From assembly GCA_043827405.1 (NCBI GenBank), contig JBDRPD010000013.1, forward strand, positions 1 through 64,000: DNA of 64,000 bases. Direction: 5' to 3'. A program made the position numbers and the translations under genes. The DNA comes from Elusimicrobiota bacterium. GTDB lineage: Bacteria; Elusimicrobiota; Elusimicrobia; UBA1565. This document shows, piece after piece, positions 1 to 9,204 of this stretch. The notes under the pieces are model-generated. The model made no database searches and had not been told where the DNA came from. It worked only from the letters and a program-made list of their open reading frames with translations. Within the stretch, counting starts at the first letter, position 1; every line of letters starts with the position of its first letter.

Positions 1-1
1 C

Positions 2-232
2 CTTTACTGGTACAGAATTTCTGTGCAAGAAAGTGAAACACGCGCCATTCGGACAGACGCACCACATGGGGATGCGGCTATTCAAGTTGACTCTTCCATT
101 ACACAAGTTGGGCAATTTATCAACAGTGACGCCTTCTACGAGGGGGGCGAAAAGCCGTTTCCGTTCAGAAACTATGGCTTACTGGAGGTTTTGGGGGCAA
201 CTAGCGCGTCTGCGGCATGCGAACAGGACTAA
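2..232 (+). CDS. 3' end of a hypothetical protein running in from the left edge (partial)
   Basis: Frame open from position 2 (LYWYRISVQESE...) to the TAA ending at 232; lower GC than neighbouring genes; no recognisable motif. Confidence 0.35.
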   Translation, partial: LYWYRISVQESETRAIRTDAPHGDAAIQVDSSITQVGQFINSDAFYEGGEKPFPFRNYGLLEVLGATSASAACEQD

Positions 233-1349
233 AGCGCGGCTGGTCCGAGCGGCCCCGCAGGCGCGCGAAGCCGGGCAGGGCCTCCGCCGAATCGACGATG
301 CGGATGCGCGCGCCCCGGCCGTAGCCCAGCATGGCGTCGCCGTCCTCGCCGCCGATGATCAGCCGGGGCGACCGGCCGATAAACATCACGATCGCCTCGC
401 GCTGGCCGCCGCCCACCGGCACGGGCAGCAGGTTTTCGTCGGTCATCACGCCGTCGACGTTTTTAAGACGGATGCCGGCGACGCGGCTGGGATAGACGCC
501 GTAGGCCTGGGCCATCTCCTCGACCGCCCACTGGTTCGCCGAGCTGACAACCCAGATATCGAAACCCTGCTCCCGCAGCTTGGCGTAGAGGTCGCGCATC
601 TCCGGAATCCAGCGCAGGCCCACGCGCACCGTAACGGGATCCGGATCCTCGATCGTGGTCCCGATCTTCTCGACGCCGACCGGCCGCTTGAGCTCCTTAT
701 CCAGCACCGTCCCGAGATAGTCCCGCAATTCGTCCTCGGAGAATCCTGCGAGCAGCTTGGTCCGCCATAGGGCGCACCGGCTCCGGCCGTACTCCCGGCA
801 CACCGCCTGGTAGCAGCGGAAGAATTCCTTGCGGTAGATGCGGTAATAGGAATTCTGCGGCCATACGGACGGCGGCAGCTCGTGGAACTCGTTATAGCCG
901 GCGCGAATGCGCAGCCGGCCGAAATGCACCGGCACGCGATCCCAAAACTCGTCGCTGAACTTAAACGCCGCCTCGGTGACCAGATGGTAGAAGAGCGCAT
1001 CCCCCACGTGATGGGTAATCGATACGTCGTCCCAGTCGAAGAGCGCCACCGGCGGATCGCCCGGGTCGTACTCCGGCGTCCCGGCCCCGTACTCATCGAG
1101 AACGCGCTCCAGTTCGTCGGCGACCTCGGGCCGCCACCGCCCCGGCTCGAGCCGGCCGGTTTTCTTCTTTTTACCCCGCTGCGCCGCGTGTTCGGCCTCG
1201 GCGCGGCGCTGGCGGCTCTGGCGGTCCGCTTCCCGCCAGCGGTGGCTCTTGGGCCGGCGCATCCTGACCGCCCCCTCCGCTCCCGGTGCCGCGGCCGGCA
1301 GGCTCAGGGCAAAGAAGCAGACCAGCGCCAAATAGGATATCCGCCGCAT
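201..1349 (-). CDS. Secreted HAD-superfamily hydrolase (phosphorylcholine phosphatase / phosphoserine phosphatase-like)
   Basis: Signal peptide MRRISYLALVCFFALSLPAAA; HAD motif I LFDWDD; motif II WVVSSA; TACACT box 6 nt upstream of the ATG at 1349. Confidence 0.65.
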   Translation of the reverse strand: MRRISYLALVCFFALSLPAAAPGAEGAVRMRRPKSHRWREADRQSRQRRAEAEHAAQRGKKKKTGRLEPGRWRPEVADELERVLDEYGAGTPEYDPGDPPVALFDWDDVSITHHVGDALFYHLVTEAAFKFSDEFWDRVPVHFGRLRIRAGYNEFHELPPSVWPQNSYYRIYRKEFFRCYQAVCREYGRSRCALWRTKLLAGFSEDELRDYLGTVLDKELKRPVGVEKIGTTIEDPDPVTVRVGLRWIPEMRDLYAKLREQGFDIWVVSSANQWAVEEMAQAYGVYPSRVAGIRLKNVDGVMTDENLLPVPVGGGQREAIVMFIGRSPRLIIGGEDGDAMLGYGRGARIRIVDSAEALPGFARLRGRSDQPRFSPVRMPQTR

Positions 1350-1507
1350 GGCCGCAGTGTACAATTTGCCTGTTGCCAAAGCGTTTCCGCAAGACATCCT
1401 TTTTTTATCGTCGAGAATTTTATAAACTTTGCCTTGCCGCGCGTGAGCGCGGCCATGATCCTTCCCGCCGGTTCACGGACCGGCGGGGCAGCCGAGAGAG
1501 GAAACTC

Positions 1508-2560
1508 ATGGCCAAGAAGACCGACTTCCTAAAGACGCAGATCGAACACTTCGACATCACCCAGCACAATACGGTTGAGATAATCGAGGCGATGTCCAAG
1601 ATGTCCTTTTCCGCGCGCGATCTGGCGCGCGCATCCAAGATATTCGACATGATGGTCAGCGACAAAGACTGCTCCATCATCCTGTGCCTGGCGGGCTCGC
1701 TGCTCTCGGCGGGACTCAAGCGCGTGGTCTACGATCTGGTTCGCCACAATATGGTCGACGCCATCGTCTCGACCGGCGCCAATATCGTCGATCAGGACTT
1801 CTTCGAGGCCATCGGCTTCAAGCACTACCAGGGCACCAAGTGGGTCGACGACCACGAGATGCGCGACTGCCGCATCGACCGCATCTACGACACCTTCATC
1901 AGCGAAGACGAGCTCGGCATCTCGGACAAAACCGTCTCGGAAATCGCGGGCACGCTCAAGCCCCGCCCCTACTCTTCGCGCGAGTTCATCGAGGAAATGG
2001 GCAAGTACCTGGTCAAAAAGTGCAAGGTCAATGACTCGGTCATCCTTGAGTGCTTCAAGAAGCAGGTTCCGATCTTCGTTCCGGCCTTCTCCGACTGCTC
2101 CGCCGGCTTCGGCTTCCTGCACCATCAGTGGCACAACCCCGACAATCATGTCTCGATCGACTCGGCCAAGGACTTCCGCGAGATCACCCGCCTCAGCATG
2201 GAAGCCAAGGAGACCGGCCTGTTAATGATCGGCGGCGGCGTGCCGAAGAACTTCGCCCAGGACGCGGCGGTGGGCGCCGAGATGCTCGGGCGCGATACCC
2301 GCATGCACAAGTACGCGATACAGATCACCGTAGCCGACGAGCGCGACGGCGCGCTCTCCGGCTCGACGCTGCGCGAGGCCTGCTCCTGGGGCAAGGTCGA
2401 CACCGTCCACGAGCAGATGGTGTTCTCCGAAGCGACGATGTCTTTCCCGCTCCTGGCCGCCTACGCCTTCCATAAGAAAAACTGGAAGAAGCGCAAGGGC
2501 TTCCGCTGGAACGCGCTGCTCAACGACCCGAAAGCGCCCGTACCGCAGGCGTACCGCTGA
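1508..2560 (+). CDS. Deoxyhypusine synthase-like protein (probable homospermidine/aminobutyl-agmatine synthase)
   Basis: Motifs STGAN, IDRIYDT, IGGGVPKNF, DGALSGSTLREACSWGKV (catalytic Lys); RBS GAGAGG before the ATG at 1508. Confidence 0.9.
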   Translation: MAKKTDFLKTQIEHFDITQHNTVEIIEAMSKMSFSARDLARASKIFDMMVSDKDCSIILCLAGSLLSAGLKRVVYDLVRHNMVDAIVSTGANIVDQDFFEAIGFKHYQGTKWVDDHEMRDCRIDRIYDTFISEDELGISDKTVSEIAGTLKPRPYSSREFIEEMGKYLVKKCKVNDSVILECFKKQVPIFVPAFSDCSAGFGFLHHQWHNPDNHVSIDSAKDFREITRLSMEAKETGLLMIGGGVPKNFAQDAAVGAEMLGRDTRMHKYAIQITVADERDGALSGSTLREACSWGKVDTVHEQMVFSEATMSFPLLAAYAFHKKNWKKRKGFRWNALLNDPKAPVPQAYR

Positions 2561-2562
2561 GC

Positions 2563-3633
2563 TTGGCCGAAACCGCCGCCGCTCGCAGCTTCGACCCGAA
2601 CTCGGCCGCGGCCGGGGATTCGGGCATTTTCGGCCTGCACAACGCGGAGCCGGACTCGGCCGTCGTCTACCTGCCGGTGCCCTGGGAAGCCACCACCTCC
2701 TACGGCGGCGGCACGGCCGGCGCACCGTCCGCGATCCTCAAGGCCAGCCGCCAGGTCGACCTCTACGACGGCGACGTCCTGCGCCCCTACGAGGCCGGGC
2801 TGTGCCTGCTCGATGAGTCGGCGGACGTGCGCGGCTGGAACCGCGAGGCCCGCGCCGATGCCGAGAAGATCATCGCGGTCGGCGGCGACCGCAAAGACAG
2901 CAAATCCCTGGGCGACGCGCTGGAGCGCGTCAACGCCGCCGGCGAACGCTTAAACGAATTCGTCCGCATCGAATGCCTGCGCCGCATGGAAGCCGGCAAG
3001 ATCGTCGGCGTAATCGGCGGCGATCACGCGGTGCCTTTCGGCGCCCTGCAGGCGGCGGCGCAGATTCACGGCGAGTACGGGGTTCTTCACTTCGACGCCC
3101 ACCATGACCTGCGCGCGGCCTACGAGGGCTTCACCTGGTCGCACGCCTCGATCATGCGCAACGCTCTGGATCAGATCCGGCACATCGAAACGCTGGTCCA
3201 GGTCGGCATCCGCGACTACTGCGAGGAAGAGCTGGATTACTGCACGGCGCAGGTGGACCGGGTGCGGGCCTACTATGACCGCATGGTCTCGCGGCGGCTT
3301 TTCGGCGGTGAGTCCTGGTCCAATATCGCGCGCGAGATCGTCGAGCATTTGCCGGAGAAGGTCTGGGTGTCGCTCGACATCGACGGCCTCGACCCGCGCT
3401 TCTGCCCCCATACCGGCACCCCGGTTCCCGGCGGGCTCGATTTCAACCAGACCAACTTCCTGCTCGGCGAAGTGGCGCGCTCCGGGCGGCATATCATCGG
3501 CTTCGACCTGTGCGAGGTCGCGCCCGCTCCGGACGGGAAGAACGAATGGGACGCCAATGTCGGCGCCCGGCTCCTTTATAAGCTCTCCGGATGGGCCCTG
3601 GCCAGCCAGGGCAAGACGCAGGTTCAGCCCTAA
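2563..3633 (+). CDS. speB: Agmatinase / ureohydrolase family
   Basis: GGDHA, HFDAHHD, SLDIDGLDP..CPHTGTPVPGG arginase-family Mn-binding motifs. Confidence 0.88.
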   Translation: MAETAAARSFDPNSAAAGDSGIFGLHNAEPDSAVVYLPVPWEATTSYGGGTAGAPSAILKASRQVDLYDGDVLRPYEAGLCLLDESADVRGWNREARADAEKIIAVGGDRKDSKSLGDALERVNAAGERLNEFVRIECLRRMEAGKIVGVIGGDHAVPFGALQAAAQIHGEYGVLHFDAHHDLRAAYEGFTWSHASIMRNALDQIRHIETLVQVGIRDYCEEELDYCTAQVDRVRAYYDRMVSRRLFGGESWSNIAREIVEHLPEKVWVSLDIDGLDPRFCPHTGTPVPGGLDFNQTNFLLGEVARSGRHIIGFDLCEVAPAPDGKNEWDANVGARLLYKLSGWALASQGKTQVQP

Positions 3634-4223
3634 AGCAAGCTTTCGGTCAAGGAAAGCAGCGCGCTAAAATCTTCACGGTCCGCGGCCCTGAGCGCCTCCA
3701 GGTAGCGCTCCCTGGTTTCACCGGCCACTTGCAAATCCGTACTAGGCCAAGTGGGATAGACATGCCCCCGCGAGTGAAGATAGATGTCGGCCACTATGCG
3801 CGCATGCCGACCATTACCGTTGCGGAAGGGATGTATCCATACCAGGCGATGATGCAGCCGTACGGCGCGCTCCAGAACAGACATATCCTCCGGCTTTAGG
3901 GTATTCCAATATCGGAAATCCCCAACCATCCGGCCGATCTCTTCGATGACCTTATGCGATGGAACACCAACCGTGAGCTCGGCCTGTCGATACGTCCCCG
4001 CCCATCGCCAAACCGCACCGAACATGTCGGCATGGACCTTACGGACAAACGCTTCGTCAAACCAGTGAGCCTCCACGCTCCGGCGACGCCCCAGGTGGCG
4101 GCGCATCGCCAGTAGAATATTCTCCGCCTCCACGGCGCAAAGATCTTGGTAGGTGACGATCTCCGGGATCAGGCCGTCGGTATCTTCAATCGGCGTCGCG
4201 CCTTCGGGGACGTCAAACCTCAT
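3630..4223 (-). CDS. Fic-domain protein, 'mobile mystery protein B' type
   Basis: Fic motif HPFRNGNGRHAR; N-terminal GATPI; WRWAGTYR; paired with an upstream HTH gene. Confidence 0.88.
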   Translation of the reverse strand: MRFDVPEGATPIEDTDGLIPEIVTYQDLCAVEAENILLAMRRHLGRRRSVEAHWFDEAFVRKVHADMFGAVWRWAGTYRQAELTVGVPSHKVIEEIGRMVGDFRYWNTLKPEDMSVLERAVRLHHRLVWIHPFRNGNGRHARIVADIYLHSRGHVYPTWPSTDLQVAGETRERYLEALRAADREDFSALLSLTESLL

Positions 4224-4696
4224 TCGGCATCCCAGATTTCAGAGGAGCGTTCCTGAAGCAGCTTTTCCGTCTCCGCTCGAACCAAGTCCTCCAGCATATC
4301 GTCATCCGGCCGCTGCTTCTCCATCGCCATGGTTCCGGCCACGCGTGCGACACGTTTGCGCGCGAGCTTGCCGGCCTGTTCCCACATGACGCGCTTCAAG
4401 TCCTCTATGGGCTGGGGGGCAACAACCAACCGACAGCGAAGTGCCTTGAATATCCGTCGTAGGGTTTCTAGCTGGATATCAACTTTCCCTGTTTCTATGT
4501 TTGCTATATGGGATTGCGGCAAGCCGCAGCGCTTGGCCAACTGTGCCTGCGTCATGCCCAGACGCTTGCGCGTTAGCTGGATTAGGCTGTAAGTGGAATA
4601 AACGCTTGCGCCTTCAGGGGCATGTTCGGCCCACTGCAGGAAACGGGTGAGAATTCGGCTTGTACTAATCGGGTTTGGGGCATATCTTCGTGGCAT
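4220..4696 (-). CDS. XRE-family HTH protein, 'mobile mystery protein A' type
   Basis: RKRLGMTQAQLAKRCGLPQSHIANIETG HTH; C-terminal GTMAMEKQ...IWD; 4-nt overlap with the Fic gene; RBS AGGAG. Confidence 0.85.
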   Translation of the reverse strand: MPRRYAPNPISTSRILTRFLQWAEHAPEGASVYSTYSLIQLTRKRLGMTQAQLAKRCGLPQSHIANIETGKVDIQLETLRRIFKALRCRLVVAPQPIEDLKRVMWEQAGKLARKRVARVAGTMAMEKQRPDDDMLEDLVRAETEKLLQERSSEIWDAE

Positions 4697-4719
4697 CGCC
4701 GGTCTCCTGCCTAATTATA

Positions 4720-4804
4720 ATATGCTTAAGCATATATTTCAATGGGAAGAATATATGTATTAACATATATATAACTTAATACATTATATGCTTAAGCATA
4801 TAAT
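4720..4804. promoter_or_regulatory. Three phased palindromic operator sites (ATATGCTTAAGCATAT) upstream of the HTH-Fic pair
   Basis: Perfect 16-bp palindrome at 4720-4735; degenerate copy ATATGTATTAACATAT at 4753-4768; perfect 22-bp palindrome at 4783-4804; centres 33 bp apart; AT-rich. Confidence 0.75.
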
Positions 4805-4888
4805 TATAACCAACGACACGCCCAGGAATGGTTGCAGAACTGATGCGCAAACTCCGGGCCCGTCTTGAAGAAAACAATATCCCCCGGC

Positions 4889-5659
4889 TTAGGCTCGCGG
4901 AATTTGCCGTTTTGCCGCAGGGTCGCGCCGAAACTGAAACATCTTCACCAGCGCATTGAGCGACGTCTTGAAGCGCACCCAGGGATTGGCCGCCAGCTTG
5001 GACTTGCCCCATTGCCGGGTCTCATAGCCCACATCGAACTCGTAGATGCGCCACCCCTTGGTATGGGCGAGGTGCAAAGCGTACATGTCATAGGTGAAGT
5101 CTTTGGGACCATGGGCGAGGTCCCGAATCAGCGCGCGGTCGAAGAGCTTGGGCTCGGCGTTGAGATCCGGCGGCCGCGTACCCCCCCCCTCTACCGGATG
5201 GACGCGCAGGCCCAGCACGCAGACCGCCAAATGGTTGTAGAACCAGGTCACGCAGCGGTCGAGAAAAGGCCGCGCCCCGCGGCGCCGGCCCTTGATCAAA
5301 CAGGGGCCGTCTTTAACCTTCTCGCGGTAAATCTTTAGCGCCGCGACGCAGTCCTCCGGCGGGCACTGCAAATCGGCGTGGCTGATGGCCGTCACCGGCG
5401 CGATGGAGGTCTCCAGACCCACCTGCAGGCCGTAACCGTAGCCGATATTCCTCTCCACCACCGCCTTCCTGGCGAAGGAGTTCTCCGGCTTGGCCAGCTC
5501 GCGGTCGATCGCCTCGCCGGTGCCGTCCGAGGAACCATTATCCACCAGGACCAGCTCCAGGGCCGTGTCTTTAGTGAGCGGGCGGTAGCGTTCGAGCAGG
5601 CCGGGGATATTTCCCGCTTCGTTGTAGCAGGGGACAACGACCGACAGCTCCAGGGTCAC
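4889..5659 (-). CDS. Glycosyltransferase family 2 (polyprenol-phosphate glycosyltransferase/DPM1-like)
   Basis: LSVVVPCYNE, LVDNGSSDGT, NIGYG, HADLQ, R.WGKSK; GTG start overlaps the upstream stop. Confidence 0.85.
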   Translation of the reverse strand: MTLELSVVVPCYNEAGNIPGLLERYRPLTKDTALELVLVDNGSSDGTGEAIDRELAKPENSFARKAVVERNIGYGYGLQVGLETSIAPVTAISHADLQCPPEDCVAALKIYREKVKDGPCLIKGRRRGARPFLDRCVTWFYNHLAVCVLGLRVHPVEGGGTRPPDLNAEPKLFDRALIRDLAHGPKDFTYDMYALHLAHTKGWRIYEFDVGYETRQWGKSKLAANPWVRFKTSLNALVKMFQFRRDPAAKRQIPRA

Positions 5660-6090
5660 CGGCCGACAGCCCAGCGGTAGAGGGTGAGGAAAACCAGCTG
5701 GTTCATGCCATGCACGCCGGAGCGCCACCGGGGACCGGCGGGCATGAACTCGTCGAGATCGGGGAATATGCTGTAGGCGACGGACTTGACCTCGTCGGCC
5801 GGCAGCCCGCCCTCGATCTCCAGCACCTGATGTTCGAGGGTCGGCTCCATGGACCAGGCGACCCGAACCTTGTCCTCGCCGCGCCACTTGGCCAGGCCGG
5901 CCAGCATCATGGAAGAGTACGGAAAGGCGTCGCCCAGGCCCCGGCGGACGAAGGGCAGCGAGCGCCGGCGCAGGAAGTACTCCGCGGCGAAGAAGGAACC
6001 GGCCGCCAGCTTGACCGCGAGCACGAACAGAAACAGCGGCTCGGTCAGGTATTCACGGCTTTCGGCCCATAGACGCTTAATCCGGCTCAC
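5656..6090 (-). CDS. Short membrane protein, possibly an internally deleted remnant of a larger membrane glycosyltransferase
   Basis: One N-terminal TM helix and an FPYSSMML segment; translationally coupled on both sides. Confidence 0.45.
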   Translation of the reverse strand: MSRIKRLWAESREYLTEPLFLFVLAVKLAAGSFFAAEYFLRRRSLPFVRRGLGDAFPYSSMMLAGLAKWRGEDKVRVAWSMEPTLEHQVLEIEGGLPADEVKSVAYSIFPDLDEFMPAGPRWRSGVHGMNQLVFLTLYRWAVGR

Positions 6091-7622
6091 GCGCTTCCTC
6101 CGGTGAAATAATCTCGCCAGTATTCGTAGACCTTGAGCTGCTCCGGGCTTCCCCAGTTAAGGTAGAAATCCGATTCGAAGCAGCGAACGTCAAGTCCGCG
6201 CTCGACGGCGAGCCCCACAACGGAATCCAAGTAAAGTTCGCCGTTTACGCGCAAGTCCTTTTGCTTAAGCTCCGCGATGAGCTCCGCCAGCAGCGCCGCC
6301 GACTTGAAGTAAAAGGTTCCCACCAGGACCAGATCACGCTGCGGCGCGGCGCTGACCGGGACCTTGACCGAAACGCCGGTAACGCGGCCCTCGTCGTCGG
6401 CCAGGATATAGGCGAAGCTCTGCGGCTTGCGGCGGGCGCCCGGATAGCCCCGCTGGCCCACCACGATGATATCGGGCGCGCCCGCGACGACCGCCTTCCA
6501 GCGGGCCGCATCCCATATCAGCCCATGGTCGCAGGCCGAGACCAGGACCGGCTCATCCGGCTTGACGTCCGCCAGGGCCCGTTCCGTGGTCACCGCTTGG
6601 CCGTCCGTCGGCGCATCGAGCACGACAAGCTTGGCTTCCGGCGCGGCGCGGCGCACGCCCTCTTCGAGCTCGCGCCGCAGCACCAGCACCGGCGCGGCGC
6701 CGCCGCCGGGGAGATAATCGCGCGCGGTCAGAAACATCGGCTTGCCTTCGACCGGGATCAGCGGCTTGGGCGGATACTCGGCGCCGAAGCGCGAGCCGAG
6801 GCCCGCCATCGGCATGATGAGGCGCGCGCCGCCGGCCTTAACCGGAGGGCGCCAGGAAGCGAGACGGGCGAAGGCCCTGTGCCAATAAAGATAATCCGCC
6901 AAATCCTCCGGCGTTCCCCACTGCAGGAAGAAGGGAATCTCATAAACCCGGGCGGTGAGACCAGCACCAATAAGAGGATTATAGACCAGGCTGACATAGT
7001 ACTCGCCGTTGAGGTTCAGGTCCTCATCGACGGTCTGCTGAAAGTATTTTTTGACCAAGCGGCCGGAGGCGAAGTAGTAACTGCCCGAGGAGGCGTACTC
7101 CCGCGTGCGGTCGTCGGTGAAGCACTCCTTTTCCCGAATCTCGAGGATCTTCCCCCCCTCCTCGCGGCAGTAGGCGTACATGGTGTCGCCCAAATAATGC
7201 GGCTGAAAGCCCCGGTAGCAGAATACTGCGCCGTCGCAGGCCGTCTGTTCCGTGAAATCGACGAAGCCGGCGGGATCCCAGGCGAAGGAGAAGTCGCAGT
7301 AGTTGACTATGGTCGGCAAGTCGTCGTCGACGGCGTCCGCCGCCTGCAGCACGGCATAAACCGGCCCCTTCTTATGCGGCGCGATGCCCCGGATCACGGC
7401 GTCCGGCACGCATTCAAGCAGCACCTCGCGCAAGCGAGTATCCCGAAGGTGGTCATTGCTGCAGATAAAGACGAAGCGCCAATCCTTGGGAAACCGCTCC
7501 AGGAGACGCGCGATGGCGGGGCGGCCGGCCACATCCAGCAGCGGCTTGGGATCCTTGTAGCCCGCGTCCAAAAAACGCCGGCCGCTCCCCGACATGGGGA
7601 CGACCACCTGCATGCGCTTCAC
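6087..7622 (-). CDS. Tandem-domain sugar-phosphate nucleotidyltransferase (NTP transferase x2)
   Basis: Two copies of PM(S/A)GxGxRF...PKPL and (L/V)NGE(Y/L)Y ... WG(T/S)PE. Confidence 0.85.
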   Translation of the reverse strand: MKRMQVVVPMSGSGRRFLDAGYKDPKPLLDVAGRPAIARLLERFPKDWRFVFICSNDHLRDTRLREVLLECVPDAVIRGIAPHKKGPVYAVLQAADAVDDDLPTIVNYCDFSFAWDPAGFVDFTEQTACDGAVFCYRGFQPHYLGDTMYAYCREEGGKILEIREKECFTDDRTREYASSGSYYFASGRLVKKYFQQTVDEDLNLNGEYYVSLVYNPLIGAGLTARVYEIPFFLQWGTPEDLADYLYWHRAFARLASWRPPVKAGGARLIMPMAGLGSRFGAEYPPKPLIPVEGKPMFLTARDYLPGGGAAPVLVLRRELEEGVRRAAPEAKLVVLDAPTDGQAVTTERALADVKPDEPVLVSACDHGLIWDAARWKAVVAGAPDIIVVGQRGYPGARRKPQSFAYILADDEGRVTGVSVKVPVSAAPQRDLVLVGTFYFKSAALLAELIAELKQKDLRVNGELYLDSVVGLAVERGLDVRCFESDFYLNWGSPEQLKVYEYWRDYFTGGSA

Positions 7623-8608
7623 TTCGCCGCCGCCTGCTTGACGCGCAGGCGCTCGGTCTCAAGACCGGCGATCGCGCGCACCACCGGCCCCGACAGCCGT
7701 CTAAGACGCAGGCCCAGCCAGGGCGCGACAGTGGAGACCAGCGCGTGGGCGAAAAAGGTCTCGCTTTTCGCGCGCAAGTTATTGTCATCCTTCGCGTACA
7801 CGCGCACCGAACGCGCGGAATCCTTAATCAGGTCCTTCCGGCCGCGGCCCCACAGGCTGAAGTAGACGACAAAATCAGGGAACAGGGGCCGCAGGTCGAA
7901 AGAGCAGTCCGGCCAATGCCGCAGGCTCAGCTCATGCCACCCTCGCCCCAGACGCTTGATCTTCGGCGGCGCGTAGCGCTTGAGAACATAGGCTTTCCGG
8001 AAAGCGCGCTCGAAACGCGCCGACAGCTTCTCAACAACCGCCGCCGAGGGCGCGCCCCAGACCACGCCGTGATTTTTCAGCATCCAGACGCAGGGACGCG
8101 CGGCGGCGCGGCGCCCGCGCATGCGCAAAGTCAGGTCGGCGCCCGGCGCGCAGGCCGGCACGAAGTACACGTCGACTTCGCTTCCCAGCGCTCGCCGGAT
8201 GCGCCGCCCCGCTTCTTTCTCGGGCAGCAGCCCCAGAAGGAAGCCGGCGAGACTGTGGATATGCGCCACGCAGCGGTCCGGCAGCAACGCGTGAAAGCCC
8301 GCTTCCATGGAAACCCGCCAGCCGGGCGTGCGGCCGGCGCGGGTAAGGAGATCGGCGTAAGCGCGATCGCGTCCGGCCCAGGTCTTGAGGCGGACGATCC
8401 GGCGCAGGTCCGCGCGCAGCAGCGCGGCGTCGGCGCGCGCCCAGCCGCGGCGGACGTTCACTTCGGCCAGCCGCAGCCCCGAAGCCTTTATCAGCAGCTC
8501 GTCGGCGGATACCTTGACCGAGATATTGCCGCCGCCGCCCTGCACCAGCAGCAGATCGGAGCCGAAGCCGCGGCACAGGCGGACAAGCTCGCGCCGGGCG
8601 GCGTTCAA
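7619..8608 (-). CDS. Class II aldolase/adducin family protein
   Basis: VQGGGGNISVK, IKASG, SMEAGFHA, HIH, LKNHGV zinc-ligand motifs. Confidence 0.8.
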   Translation of the reverse strand: MNAARRELVRLCRGFGSDLLLVQGGGGNISVKVSADELLIKASGLRLAEVNVRRGWARADAALLRADLRRIVRLKTWAGRDRAYADLLTRAGRTPGWRVSMEAGFHALLPDRCVAHIHSLAGFLLGLLPEKEAGRRIRRALGSEVDVYFVPACAPGADLTLRMRGRRAAARPCVWMLKNHGVVWGAPSAAVVEKLSARFERAFRKAYVLKRYAPPKIKRLGRGWHELSLRHWPDCSFDLRPLFPDFVVYFSLWGRGRKDLIKDSARSVRVYAKDDNNLRAKSETFFAHALVSTVAPWLGLRLRRLSGPVVRAIAGLETERLRVKQAAAK

Positions 8609-9204
8609 GACCCGAACTCCCGGTCGATCCGCGCGCCCAAAATGTCGTCTTTCCAGGAGTCCCCGACCATGAGCGCTTCCGCCGGGCGGCAGCCCAGCCG
8701 CCGGCAGGCCTCGCGGTAGATGCGCGGATCGGGCTTCTCGACGCCGACCTCCTCGGAGGTCACCCGCGCCGCGAACAGCCGGCCCCGCGGGTCCAAACGC
8801 GACATCTTAAGCAGCTGCATGGTGCAGACTTGATTGGTGACTACGCCGAGCGCATAACGGCCGGCGAGCCGCCGCGCCGTGCGGCGTCCCGCCCCCGTCT
8901 CCAGAGCGGACCAGGCGCCGTCATAGGCCCGCATCAGGGCGAGCGCCTGCGCCGGCCGCGGGCGCCCCGCCGCGGCCTCGACCAGCTCCTTAAAGTAAAG
9001 CAGGCGGCTGCGCGCCGTCGGCGCGGCGCCCAGGCGGCTCTTGACGGTGCGGCGCGCCGCGCAGTACAGCTTGCAGAACCGGTCCCCGGAGACGCGGCGC
9101 TCCCGGCGGAACTCGCGCCAGGCCGCGCGTACGCCCCGCCGGTAGACCCGCTCCACCGGCAGCAAGGTCTCATCCAGATCGAAAAGCACCGCTTTAAGCT
9201 TCAC
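8605..9204 (-). CDS. HAD family phosphatase (C-terminus appears truncated)
   Basis: VLFDLDETL, VVTN, EKPDPRI, MVGDSWKDDILGA; GTG start overlaps the upstream stop. Confidence 0.8.
   Translation of the reverse strand: MKLKAVLFDLDETLLPVERVYRRGVRAAWREFRRERRVSGDRFCKLYCAARRTVKSRLGAAPTARSRLLYFKELVEAAAGRPRPAQALALMRAYDGAWSALETGAGRRTARRLAGRYALGVVTNQVCTMQLLKMSRLDPRGRLFAARVTSEEVGVEKPDPRIYREACRRLGCRPAEALMVGDSWKDDILGARIDREFGS

Noticed and set aside
4711..4810. Regularly spaced palindromes as a possible mini-CRISPR
   Set aside because: Repeats of 16 bp with 17-bp gaps, only three units, no cas genes; operator interpretation fits better
4828..4959. 43-aa plus-strand ORF MVAELMRKLRARLEENNIPRLRLAE... divergent from mobile mystery protein A
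   Set aside because: Weakly HTH-like start and could be a truncated gene, but it is short, overlaps the GT2 3' end and cannot be supported
6261..7865. 534-aa plus-strand ORF (likewise 9941..11320 and 28926..30626)
   Set aside because: Antisense shadows of well-supported minus-strand genes
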